In this document: positions 12,368-24,859 of the stretch, piece after piece
Layout: every line of letters starts with the position of its first letter
Position numbering within the stretch: the stretch's first letter is position 1
Source: Vicugna vicugna
Taxonomy: Eukaryota
DNA: 64,000 bases
Direction of reading: 5' to 3'
Assembly (NCBI GenBank): GCA_013265495.1
Contig: MU058781.1
Span: forward strand, 7,203,324 to 7,267,323
Position numbers and translations under genes: made by a program
Notes under the pieces: model-generated
The model's input: the letters and a program-made list of their open reading frames with translations, nothing else
What the model was told of the DNA's origin: nothing
The model's database searches: none

Positions 12368-14155
12368 AAAGGACTTGGTAGCTATTTTTCAAACATTTGC
12401 AGGACTGTAATGTATTAGAAGGGTTAGGATTTTTCTAGGTATCCCCAAAGGGAAGAACTGGTTGGTGTCAGTGCACAGAAGTGAAAGGGAAACAAGATTT
12501 TGTCTCTACATAGGGAATAGTATTCTCATAGACTTCTGGTATGGTGGTGTGTGTTGTAAGGTAACTTGTGCCCTGTCCCTAGAAGAATTTATGCAGAAAC
12601 TTGATGGATATTATACACGCAATGCCAATTCTGTATTAAAGAATTGTCTGGATATGTTAGACAGCCCCTTCTTGCCTACATACATTAGACAGTCCCTTCT
12701 GTTTCCATGACTTCATTATTCTGTGTTCTCCATATATATGTGTGCCAGTGCATGCACACAACCTTGTGGTTATTAGATCTCCTAAGAGGGAAATTTAATC
12801 CAGTTGCCTGATAAGGGCATTATTTAATGTTAGTTGTTTTTGAATTGTTACTTCTGTGCCTGTTGAATCCATTCCATGTTTCCAGTTCTTCTTAATGTGG
12901 CATTACCCAAGACATAAATAGCTATACATGTGGCAAAGAAGATATAATGCTGATTAGGGGCAAGGGATTGGAGAGACACCTGGGTGGGGTTCACTTTATC
13001 CTTCTGTACAGGTCACTTCCCCAAGCAGATAGAATATTCAATTTCCACTTTATATTTCAGTTCTAGCACCAAACACTGAGAGAATGTAGACTATAAGGAA
13101 GAAATAACACTAAAGGGAAGCCCTCAAAGATAATTCCATCATCCATAACACCAGGCGCTTCCTGGCATTATGACTAATAAAACTCAGCTAAAAACATGTT
13201 CTAAATATTTTTATGTGCGAAAAATAGAAAATTGTAATAAAATAATGGCTGTTATTTCAAACCATGACTATAAAATGCCCCTGGGAGAGAAATGCCTAAT
13301 TATGAAATAAAACAACTTTTGATCCCTCAGGCAATGTTTTCAAACTATTGCTCTCTCCAAAGTAGTCACTATAATTAGTCCAATTCCCTAGAAGAAATGA
13401 AAAGTGTAAGGGAATTCATTTAGGGCTATAGCTCAGGGCTGTATCTTGGATTAGGACCAACGGACTATTAAAATGCGAGTGTGAAATAAGTGTATCAGCA
13501 CTGTGGGTCAGAGGAGTACTTCTATCAGGAATTACTTGATATTACCTTTGAGTCGTGATATTCATGTGTTTTCAGCAGGTAGGCTGAGAGTTATGAATTC
13601 TAGGCAGAGTTGGGTGACCTTTGATGGAAATTTATTCCCAATACCGGTTAGCTGTGCCATCTCTCCATACCTCAGCTTTTCCAGTTCTCACATGAGGTTA
13701 AAAATGACTGCTTTTAAAAAATAAAAAAACTAATGGGCAGGGAGTAGAGGAAAAACTTTAAAATTTCTCTTTGTTTCCCCTTGAACTATTTTGAAATACT
13801 ATAGTACTCAAATGGAAAAATATTCTAGAATTATAAAAAATCATTATTAGGATAAGTAGTTTATATTTTGCCACTAGAATTTAAATCTTTCTAAATTACT
13901 TCTAAAGACATTTATTTAGAATCACTTTGTGCCTGATGTGTTAGGAACCATTGTTTTGTTCATTTTATTTTACAGGCAAATACGCAGCACAACATTTAAA
14001 GATGAGGTAGACACTTCCTAGCTTTTAGAGATCTCTGTCATTTTCTCCAGCCAGAATGCTGTGCCTTCTCTGCGGGTTTCCTTTTCTTGACTTTGGATCT
14101 GTAGCTACGGCCTCATTCTCTTGGTTTGATCTCAGAGTGGGAGTTGAATACAGTC

Positions 14156-14667
14156 TGTGTCAGTCAAGGTCCTGGCAGGAAATTGGGTAACTTCAATAGA
14201 GTTTAATAGGGGAACTGCTCACAATAGTGTGTTCAGATTGTAGAGAAACCGCAAGGTTCAATTCAAAATGACTAACAAGAGGGGGAGTTCCCAGAGCTCT
14301 GAAAGAGAGAGAAGTATGCGGGGAGGGCTGCTTGAAAGGAACTGTGACCTTCAGTCTAGGGCCTGAAGCCATCCTGGGTGAATGACTATCTGACCTTCGT
14401 GTTTTCCTCTTTCTGATTTCCTGGCTACTCTGTTGGGTTCTCATTGGAGGATGTAAGAAGCTTGTTGATGGAATAGTCTACATTGATTTCTGTCTAATCT
14501 GTGATCTCCTGTCCACTTTAATGGGTCCTCCCCAGAGAACCCAACCAGCAGCCAGAGTGTGAGAAGCTTGCTGATGGAGTGGTCCATACAGCTCAGTCTC
14601 CCAGGACACACAGCAGAGAAAAGTATGTAGTGAATTTTGATGGGGCTAACAGAAGAGATCCAGAACA
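14156..14667 (-). mobile_element. LTR33-like (ERVL) solo LTR
   Basis: Starts tgtgtcagtcaaggtcctggcagg and ends ggtccatacagctcagtctcccaggacacacagcag...ggggctaacagaagagatccagaaca, the reverse complement of the recalled LTR33 start. Confidence 0.65.
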
Positions 14668-17119
14668 GTCAGTAGTAGTATCCTTTCCAAAAGCAGAAAT
14701 GGGATAGTAGGTTGCTACTGTATTTGACTAGATTTGAAACGAAGGGTTTCATTGTCTTGCGGCAGAATAAAACACACATGCAGGCCTTTAGTCAAGGGAC
14801 ATCACGTGAGTATGTATCAAGCCATGGCTTTCTGCAGTGAGCCCTCTGCGTGACCCAGTCTTGAGTCCCCTGCTTGCTTACATCTGGTTCTTTTTTTGTC
14901 TTCTGCAACATGAAACAATTTGTCTGTATTTAAAAATATCACATATTGGGGCACTTTGAAAGTTGCCTGTCTTAGAGTCATCAGATAGCTCCCAAAAGAT
15001 GTGGAGATGTAAAGAAGGGAACATTAGAAGACTGAGGCCACTGAGGGTGACAGTTCAGAGTAAGAGATGATTTTAAAGGCCATCAATGGCAAAACAGAGT
15101 CTCCAGGAAGATAACCCCTGTCTTTCCTTTTTCTCTGCAAATTCAATGCAAATGAAACATTTTTAGGTGTTTAACACTCAGGCCAGAAAACCAAACATTT
15201 TATTCTGTTCATTTTTTTCTCCTCTCTCTTTAAAACTGGGCAGTTAGTTTGTTCTGTTAGGAAGATTTTCTCTACATCGTAAATACTGGCGTAACTTAGA
15301 AAGGCTAGTAATTTCAATCATCATTTAATAATTATTTGATTATACTATCTTAAAATGTAATCTATCAATACATCAAGTGCAATAATTTTAAAGAAATGAA
15401 TATCTTCAAATAAAACATCTCTATGTATTTTAAAGGATCTCCTTAAATACAAAGATACGTCCATTTTTATTTCCTCTCAAATTTCTAGCCCTTCTTTCTC
15501 ACTTACTCTGAAGCTCAAATCTGGGGAAAATGGTTTTTAATTAACTCTGTGGTTTCAAAGTTTTCACAATTTACTCTTGGATAACAGATAAATCGAGAAT
15601 AAATAAAATTGTACCTGTAAAAAGTATTGAGTCTAGAATGGAGAGAAGGTATGTGGATTCAAGGTGTCATTATTAAACAAATGTTTATTCCCTAAACACA
15701 GCTATGGCGGGAGGCACAGGAAATCCCTCAGTGAGGTAGTCATCTTTAAGAACCTGCCATTTATTTTGTAATTAACAAAGTAAGTGGGTAGTGTTTGAAT
15801 TATAGACTGAGTGCTTGCAGACATTGGGGACATTTTTTTGTGCGTGTGATGCACTGTTTGATACAAGAAACAGTATAGAAATACATCTCTGGCTCTGAAG
15901 TGCTTTCCAAGAAGATAAAATAGGATTTGGTCTACTAGATTGGACATCCAGGCAGGCTATGATGGTAATTTAAACTTTGTGGCTGCCCTAGAGTTGTGAA
16001 TTAACAGAGATTAGTCCCTGGAATGCTCTCCAAATCACTCTCTAGCTTATGAGCCATGAAACTGTCTTTCTTTCTTATTTTGTCAAGACCAGAAGGTCAC
16101 ATGAGTCAGAAAAATCTAATTGGAGGTGAGTCTTAGCCAAATGGAGACTGACAAACCCTTAAGGAGACTTGAGATCTTTCTTTTCATCTATTTATTTATA
16201 AGAGCTGTGGAGAAAAAAAAAAGGTTTAGTGATATCTCAGAGCATAATTGGTCAAAAGCTATCAGTACAGTGGAAACCAAATTGTAGAAGAGAAGTTAAT
16301 TCATTTCACTAAGCATCTCCTCTTGCTTAACTGTCCTAAAACAAAAACAAACCAGCACAAATAAGTCACTAGGAAAGTGTGAAGTCAGACTGATGTGGAA
16401 TTTACACTCCCAATCAGACAACTTGGATTATTTCAGTAGCTCTTTCTGTGTGAGGTCATTGATGTGGGGATCATTGGTATGGAGGGTTTTTTTTTTCTGA
16501 TTTATTTTACTGTTTTGATTGGGTCTGCAGAGGAGATGCAGAAATTGTGAGAAGTTTCTGGTTGATTTTTATTGTATTAAGTTTTTTTGAATTTCATATA
16601 TGAAGGTAGAGCTCTACCTCTGCAAAGTTGATGTGTTTTTAAGACTAAAGATAAGAGTTCGTAAATATGCAACCATCTAATTTTGAGATGATGAGGACTG
16701 AGTGAAGAGGGCAGAAGTAGGATTGAAAGTTTAGAGGGATCCAGGAAATATTCTAGAAGAGGATTGGCTGTGTGTTCTGGCTGAGAGGCAAACTGAAGAT
16801 AATTCCAAGGCTTTGTGTTTGTGGATAACTGAGAGAATCATATTAACATTAATAGAATAAGGACATTTGAGGGGCAATTATCTTTAGAAGGTAAAGGTGA
16901 GGTGGGGAAAGGATCTACGGTAGAATCTTGACATTTATAGATACGACTTTTGCAACATTCAAGGCATAATATAATGCATAATAATGTTACAATTATATAA
17001 TGACATCACACATTTTCACGTATTAATTTGTAATGGAGATAACGCCATTGAGTCGTGAAGATTAAATGAGCAACATGTATAAGGATTATGATTATCATTA
17101 TCGTCACAAAAATGTTAAG

Positions 17120-17350
17120 CAAGCACTGATCAATTCTATGTGCCAGATATTGTTGTAAGATTCTTGTGTATATTAACTAATTTAACGCCAGCGGCTCTAC
17201 GAAGTAAGTACTGATGTTACGATCTCATTTTACATATGAGAAAATCGAGGTATAGTCAGACGTGAAGCAGCTCGCTTGAGGTTACATTCAGTGGCAGAGC
17301 ACAGACTTAATTCAGATATTCAGGCTCCAGAATTTAGCTCCTAATCATTC
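17120..17350 (-). mobile_element. MIR SINE
   Basis: ctatgtgccagatattgtt...ctcattttacatatgagaaaatcgagg...gtggcagagc...ggctccaga. Confidence 0.7.
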
Positions 17351-17639
17351 TCTTCTGTCGACTTCCCGGGGAAAACTTGAACTGATTATTCTGCAAGACT
17401 GGAGTATAATAGTAAATTTTCAGTTACTGAGTGATCCTAGCCAACAGCCGTGTGTACATACCTCAGTAAATCTCATAAATTTGAGAATGCTCAAAGGATC
17501 CTGGCAAAGTCAATGGGTCTATGAGCATAAAGGAAAAGACTCCACTGCGTTGTGTAAATTATAAGGATGTATGTTCAGTTCTATAAAATACAGATGAACA
17601 AAGGAATTCACAGTAATGTAATCATAATTTAGCTCACTT

Positions 17640-18165
17640 GATATTAATTTATTTGACAAATTTTTTTTGCACACCTACCACAGTGCTAAGCACTATGGGG
17701 CATTTGATGGGGAAGAAGAAGATTCCTTCTCTTAGCCAGCTTACTGTGTAGTGGAAGAGACAGATGAAATGAATGAAATGCAATTACTAGGTGGAAGTAA
17801 GCACCAGTGTTGACTAATTTGGCAGTGCCAACTAACTTGGTTGTAGGAGGGTCAAATGTAAGGCTTTTTGGAAGAAGTGATGTAAAATACAGAACGTGAA
17901 GGATGAATAGATCAGTGCAGGTGAAAATGAGAGGGGAAGTGGAGAAATTAGAGAGAACGGGCTGTGCTTGTGAAACTGCAAATTGGTCAATATGGTTGAA
18001 AGATACAATTTGCTGGGGGTGAGCATCAGGTAGAGATAAAGCTGCAGAAGTGAGCCAGCGGTCAGCTCACGAAGGCCTCCTAGGTCACGGTGAGGAGTTT
18101 GATAATTATCTTGAGGGCAGTGGAACCTATTGATGTGATTTAAGCAGCAAAATGCTATGGTCCAG
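17640..18165 (-). mobile_element. L2 3' fragment
   Basis: atttatttgacaaa...gcacacctac...gtgctaagcactatgggg and aggagttt...ttatcttgagggcagtggaacctattg...ttttaagcag-type L2 motifs. Confidence 0.6.
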
Positions 18166-18449
18166 TAGCATGCTTGCGGTATGTCTGGAGCATACAGATA
18201 TGCCGGTCTAGTACTAATCTTTAAGGGCTTTTGGAGAGTACATTTTTATTTATACCAAATTTATATTGAGCACCCATTGCATATATAAAGAGCTTGTAAA
18301 CTATATGAAGGAAAGATAAAGACACCTAAATTTTAGCAGGTAGCATGCTCTTCTTTTGTAATGTGTGCATTTTTATTTTGCTGCAAAGTTAAGGACAAGT
18401 GCATACAGTCAGTATTTTTTTTTTCTTCAGTACTGAATCACCAGTTACT

Positions 18450-18930
18450 TGTGCAGGGAGGCAGTTGGACTTGATTTCTAGTCTTGTGCTCTGGGATGCT
18501 GGGACAAGTCAGTTAACTATTTATGTATTGGTTTTCTTGCCTATAATGTGAGAAACTTGAAGTAGATCATCATTAAAGTTTCCTCTAAGCTCTAAAATTC
18601 ACCTATTGTGGTTTGAAACTTTTCGGACGTTCCTGTCATGTGCAAAGTGATGAAGTTTTACAATACACTATTCTTTTCTTTATGTTTTTCCCCTGCCTCT
18701 CTGGGTAACTTCAGTGGTAGTTCTTGTTGCAGAGAGGGGCTGAAATGATAGCAGGGTATTCAAGTCAGAAAGAATGTGGAGACCGACCATCTTGTTCATT
18801 CCCACGTGTTACAGACAAGGACACTGAGGCATCCTAATTTTATGACTTACCCCAGTTCTAGCGGTGGGTCAGTGGCAGAGTGAAGTCCAGATCCCTGGGG
18901 GTTTCTGACCCCAACCCAGTTCTTCTTCTT
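18450..18930. mobile_element. Two MIR fragments in opposite orientation
   Basis: + strand core ggacaagtcagttaac...ttttcttgcctataatg (~18450-18600); - strand core ttacagacaaggacactgaggc...agtggcagag (~18770-18930). Confidence 0.45.
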
Positions 18931-20994
18931 TTAGGGGTCACTTTCCTCACCTCTTTCACAACAAATAGGATGATGTCTTAGGTAATGAACTGGGAATAAA
19001 GTTCGGCACCATGGAAGATTTCAGATGTTCTTAAGCAGAAATGACTGCATCACTGCCAAGTAGGGCTGCTGTTTATTTTTCTGGCTTCGAATCACTTAAA
19101 AATATATATACATACATATGTATTATCATACATTTGTATGTATATATAATAATATATATATATTTTGCTCCCTTATTCTTCATAAATGATTCCTCCCTTT
19201 GTACCAATGTTTTCCTCTCTGGTTTCTCTAAAAGAAAGATTCTTTTCCTCTTTTCCTCACCCCCAGTTCTCTTACATCAGCAACTAAATGATCTTCCTCT
19301 TAGTTCAGGAAGCTGGCAGCCTCCAATCTGCAGCCTTTAGATAGCCAGCTAATTAAGGGGAAAGCAGGTGTGGATGGGTCTATTCAGCCTGTAAATAAGT
19401 GCCAAAAATTAAAGTTATTGGTCTGTGAGTGCTAGCAGGTGGAAGCACTGTTTTATACCTTTTACAGAGGAGGGGAAAAGAAGCGGGGGTAGAAGGCCTT
19501 AAGGATAGGGAAGAAAAAAATGACTTTTTATGACTAAAAGCTCTTCAAAAGAGAACGTGTTTATTTCTGAAACATTGTCTTGTTTGGGATTAATCCTAAA
19601 AACATATAATTGCCTGCCCTAAGGGTGCAATGTTCTCTGAGCAGGGCTCCATGAACTGTATGGCCTGGGCAGAAATAATTCATGGTCTCAAGCTGATACT
19701 TAACTGGCGTAACTCATGACTGACTGAAGACATAAGTGCCTGTGTTCTTTTGTGAATTCTCTTTTCCATTTCTTACATATGCTCAAATGCCCAGAGTTCT
19801 CTCTCTGCAAAGCCCCTCACTTAAATGCTGAGAAAAAATATGATCTATTGTTGCACAACTTAATGCACTACTTAATGAAGCGATCTGGAAATAAAATTTA
19901 TATGAGGAAATGAGTTCCCGGAGCATACTTCTCTCTTCGTCATTTCTTTTTTCTTCCTGATTTTTTCCCCCTTTCTTTTTCTTTTCTTTGTGTTTAATAA
20001 TTTATTTTGGCATTTCTTAACTGGAGGAAATTTTTCAGTAGGATGTTATGGCAGAAGACCACAAAAGCATCATACATTACACATTGAAAGTACATTAATA
20101 CATGGCTGAAATGCTAACCCATACAATAGAATAATTATAGTGTATCTTCATTGAAATTGTACACATGGCTTTGTGATCACGCTCATTAATTTAGATCTAA
20201 ATGAAGCAAAATTATTCTGCATGGCTGCTGAGTTAATTTATGTGATATAAGTAAAGAAAAGTTAAGTAAAGTGTGATGGAAAATGAGATTGCATCCAGGC
20301 AATTAGGTCCAGAGGAAGAGGTTCACTTGTCTCCCCAGGCTTGCTGGCCCCTCTTGTCTGCAAAGATTATTCATGTTATTGCAAAAATTTGTCCATTTGA
20401 AGACTATAGCATTGAATGTCTTAATGCAAGTTCTGAAGCATTTTCTTCACAGCTAAATTTTAAGGGGGAAGAATAATGTATCAGTAGGATAGATGCTTTT
20501 GCTTGGGACTATTCAAGTATTCAGGTAAAACAACATAAGGTTTTCTATTGATGTGAGACTGAACTCTTAACACAATGGGAAAAATGCTGTGCTGCTATAA
20601 TGAGTAGTGTGCATATTGTATATTCTTTCTAGTAGACAAGGAAATATACTTTTTTTTTAATTGAGGAGGAAAAAGTGTCACCATGATTTTCTAGTAGTGC
20701 AGCAGTGTCTCTATGATACGTTGTAGAAAAAGCTACTCCATTGCTTTCTAATTTATTTCATCCCATTTCAAGGTATTTGAAAGTGGTAACTAGTTTTCAG
20801 TTTTGTGATCAGTGGGATAATAGTTTGTCTTACAAGACGGAGGAATGATGGTATTTCTGTTTGTAGAAAAGAAACTGATTTTGAATCCAAATGCCATTTG
20901 AAAGTTTCCACAAAAACATATGTCCTTCATTTACTTAAACTTTCATTTCTGTGAGAGAAAAGCAGATATAATTCAATTTGAAAAATTTCAACTG

Positions 20995-22225
20995 GCCTAA
21001 GTTCTGGAGATGCAAAGATAAGTAAGAGGGCCTCTATCTTCCTGACTGCTTGAATCTATCGGTTGAAAGAAAAAAAGAACACATGCGAATAGCTAGTCAA
21101 CTACCACAAGTGAGGAGATAGTTCAAACTATAGTGGAGATTCAATGAGAAATAGTAAAATCTAAGTGCAGGAGAGGCAACGACAGTCTTCATGAAGAAAA
21201 TTACCTTTGACACTGACCTTGGAGGAAGTCGTAGGCTGATAGGGAGACAGAGAGATTTGGGGCAGAGGAGGGAGGGGTAAGAGGCGAAGTGGTCAGGAGT
21301 TGGGCAGGGTCTAGAGTGTAGGGTCCTGTGGGGCAGTCGTGAGAGAGGAATTTAGAAAGGTGGGTTTGGATAACATTGTGGGGGCTGAGGTTCATGAGGC
21401 ATTTTTATTTCTCTTGGAAGTAAGGAAGGGGCGTTGACAGTTTGTGAGCAGCTCAGTGCTGTCAGTGATGTAAGGGGTAGATAAGAACAGGGACACTGTG
21501 GAGGCTGGGAGGTCGTTAGGGGGGTTGGCAACCACTCAGTTAAGTGAAAATTCATTAGTGATTAAACCAGGAAGATGTCAGTGGGGATGATAATAAGGAA
21601 CATATCTGGGGCAATTTGCAGGTCCAGTTGGTTGGGTGTTGGGTAGTGGAAAAAAGAAAGAAGAGAGAGAGATGCTGGTATCTTTAACAAAAGGAGTTGC
21701 AGAATGTGGTGGAAAGGTAAGCTCAGTTTTATACTTCTGTGTTTTGAGGTGCTTCTGAAACATTTAGTAAAAGACGTATAGCAGTCAGTTAGAAATTCAG
21801 GTCAGAGCTACTTTGAGAACTTGAGCCAAGGGAGAGCCTGTAGAAGGCTAAACAGACAATAATAATGATTGAAGCCATGGGAGTAGGTGACATGGCACAG
21901 GAAGAATAAGTAGAGTGAGAGAAAGGCAAAAGAAATGACTTTCAGGGTAGATTTCTTCACTTTAGGAAAGGAAAAGAAATTGAAGGATAGAGAGGAGTAA
22001 TCAGAGACCGAGGGGACTGTGAGGATGATGTAATTCAGCGAAGTGTAAGTAGGAGAGAGTTTTAAGAAGGACACGAACAACAGCATTAAATATAGCAGAG
22101 TGGCTGAGTAGGAGGAGGATAAAGACAAGACTATTGAATTTGGTGCTTCGAAGGTCGATGGCTACTTCAGTGCAAAGATGGAGACAGAAAATAGACTGTA
22201 AGTGCTTAGGCTCGGACAAGCAGTG
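20995..22225 (-). mobile_element. L2 LINE fossil including RT domain remnants
   Basis: - strand ORFs contain QSIFCLHLCTEVAI, LLLLSHSAIFNAVVRVLLKTLSYLHF, YSHGFNHYY and HLKTQKYKTELTFPP. These correspond to L2 RT motifs QSGFRPHHSTETAL, LLDLSAAFDTVDH.LLLETLSSLGF, HSHGFNYHLY and HLKLNMSKTELLIFP. Confidence 0.85.
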
Positions 22226-23961
22226 GGTTCAAGGTGCTACTCTTCCCAGGTGAACAAAGACTGTTGAGCTCAATCTAGAAAAAGGAATCTTTTGAAAAGA
22301 TTGGATGTAAATCTATCTTCCCTGATAGATTTTTCCAGTCTATTTTCACTGAAGCCCCCTGCTCCTTGGAGTTGGGGTATTATCCGCACAACACTTTCTC
22401 CTCATTTGCTAGGACCCTCTGGAGTGGGGAGGTCATTTCACAGCGGGAACCTCCTCTCATATACTGACCACGAACATCTCCCTCTTTGAAAGGACTTCAT
22501 TTTCTCATGGACATGTTGCCTTGCTGTCACATTTCTGTGAAATAAAAAGTGCTTTTTAAAAAAAAGCCTCCTCCATTGGCAAACTTGGAGGCCATGATGC
22601 TGGAAGACAGCAACTCATGTATCTATTGACTGTAGAGAGATAAGAACACATGTTTATCCCAAGTCCCTTTCCATCCACTGGGGCTCTGTGCCTCAGTCTA
22701 CTTTGTACTCCTCAGGTCTGTTTTCTCACAGAACCAGTTGTGAAGATTGTGTAACAGTAATATTTTAGTCAGAAGGAAAGAGGAAGAAAGATAATAAAGG
22801 ATTTAATGGAATAGAACAATCACACATTCCAAATTTATTTAACAAGCCTCTACTTTTAATTTTCATCACGAAGGGAGCACATGCCCGTTTCCCTCTTTGC
22901 CTTTCATTTATCCCGCTGTTGATGGTGGTCTTCTTTCATACCTCTTTCCTTAGTGCCGAAAATACAGTATCAAGGATTCAGGTAAATATATGGTTAAATC
23001 CTTGTTCCCAAGATTCCAAAGATCAGTGGCAATATTTTCCAGCACTAATTTTTGAGCTTTAACCCTTTAGAATATTTTATTTTTCATCTCTTTTCTGTGC
23101 CATATGAGTTATGCAATCATTGTCTTGGCTTAAGGCACTTGAAAATAAGGTCCTTTTTTTGCATATCAAGGAGTATACGAAGATCCAAACATTCTCTCAG
23201 ACGTTATGAGATCAGCTGCGGGAAAAGTGCTGTCTCAGCAGAAATGCTGGAGCTCTCGCTGATTTGTGGAGACATCAGAAGAAAATGAAGGGAGGCCAAA
23301 GACTGAATAAAGCAGCCGTTTCAAGTATAAGTAATCCCAAGAACAAAGTTTTACTCATTTATAGTCTCAGAGAGTCAGTGCCTGGGGTTTTCCTTGGCCT
23401 CTTCTGTTTGTGTACAATTATCTCGAGACTGATTTTCTAGCAAATAGTGTGCTCAAAAATGAGGGTAATTCATGAGAATGTGTTTATTTTGTGATGCATT
23501 AAAACTACATTCACATTTTTACTAAGCTGTACAGTTTTGATCTTCTGTGTGAACTGTTTGGCGTAGCATTATAAACGTATTTGCTCTGGAGTATTTATAT
23601 TTAATGCTTAGGAAGCTTCGGCCTCTATTTCCTTTAAATCATCATTCTAATTTTAACTTTTGTTACTTTAATGTAACTGCCTTCCTCTACCCCTCTCTCC
23701 TTCTTCTGTACGCTCTGGTTCCCTATCCTCTTCTTTGGAGGGAAGGGAACCAATCCAACTTTACCTAAAATTAAAGACTCTTGCCTTGGGAAGTGTGCTC
23801 TGCAACCACTCATGATTCCTTGCTCTGACCCACCAGTCTCTCCCCAGATCTCTGCACCACCCTACGTCTCTAATGTGTTCCTCCCTTAACCTTTTGCTCT
23901 GACTCTGACCCACTTTTCTCTGGCCCTAGGTTCCAGAAGTACATGGTAGGCAGTTTCTCCC

Positions 23962-24414
23962 TGTTATAGGTTGAATTGTGTTGCCCCAAAAGATATGTCT
24001 GAGTCCTAATCCTCATTACCTGTGACTGTGACCTTATTTAGAAACAAGGTCTTTGTGGATGTCAGCAAGTTAAGATGAGGTCATGCTGGATTAGGATGGG
24101 CCCTAGTCCAGTGACTGATGTCCTTACAAGCAGAGGGAAATTTGGACACAGACACATAGGGCGAACCACATGAAGGTAGAAACAGAGATTGGAATGATGC
24201 ATCTGTAAGTCGAGTGCCAGGCATCACCAGCAACCACTAGAAGCCAGGACAGAGGCACAAACACATTCTCCCTTAGAACCTCCAGAAGGAACAAACCTGG
24301 CCAACATGTTGGTTTTGGACCTCTAGCTTCCAGAGGTGAGAGAATAAATTTCTGTTGTTTTAAGTAACCCAAGTTGTGGTAATTCGTGATAGAAGCCCTA
24401 GGAAATGAATTTAC
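23962..24414 (+). mobile_element. MaLR LTR (MLT1B/C-like)
   Basis: tgttataggttgaattgtg...gtgaccttattt...aagttaagatgaggtca...gagAATAAAtttctgttgttttaag...agccctaggaaa. Confidence 0.85.
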
Positions 24415-24859
24415 CTTTCTTTTTATATATTTCAAAAATTATTTAATTTTTAACAAGAATAGATTGAAACTAGGTAATGGTAAAGCGTCTTAATTGGGCT
24501 TCTGGGTTGCAAACAACCACCAATAAAATAACTAGCCAATAAGGTAAAATTTATTAGAATGATAGAAGCAGCTAATGGAATCAACAGAAAATTTAAAGAC
24601 CTGGGCTGGACACCAGGACAACAGCCATGATCATGCTATTGAGTAAGTTTTCGGACATCTTGGCTACCGGACATGCTACTATGGCTGACTCCTTTATCTT
24701 CACAGTGAAATCCTCTACGATTTTGCTTCTTGACCCCAGGTTAATCCTTCAGGGATTAGCCTACCAGTGGACATGTTCTCAGCTGGGCCTAGACCATACC
24801 TCACGAGGCTTCAGGAGAGGGGACTAGAGCTTTCTAGTGACTCCTGTCTGAACTTTCTA

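Larger units (their letters stand above)
10590..12690 (+). mobile_element. L3/CR1 LINE fossil (RT and 3' region) split by two LTR insertions
   Basis: 10772-10861 translates to KMEKYGLGNSPVGWINN*LKNSHNRMLIDG, followed by SQGSNISYGLINVF and KLGTLMNKLD. These match CR1/L3 RT motifs (K..K.GLD..TVRWI.NWL..R.QRV.ING, PQGSVLGP.LFNIF, TKLGG.AN.L). The element resumes at ~11570-11800 and ~12370-12690. Confidence 0.75.

Noticed and set aside
13422..13460. gggctatagctcaggg resembling a tRNA 5' end
   Set aside because: No B box or cloverleaf follows.
13600..13660. Faint resemblance to the 5S rRNA 3' end or a 5S-derived SINE (gggtgacc...aataccggttagctgt)
   Set aside because: Match is too short and gapped to support.
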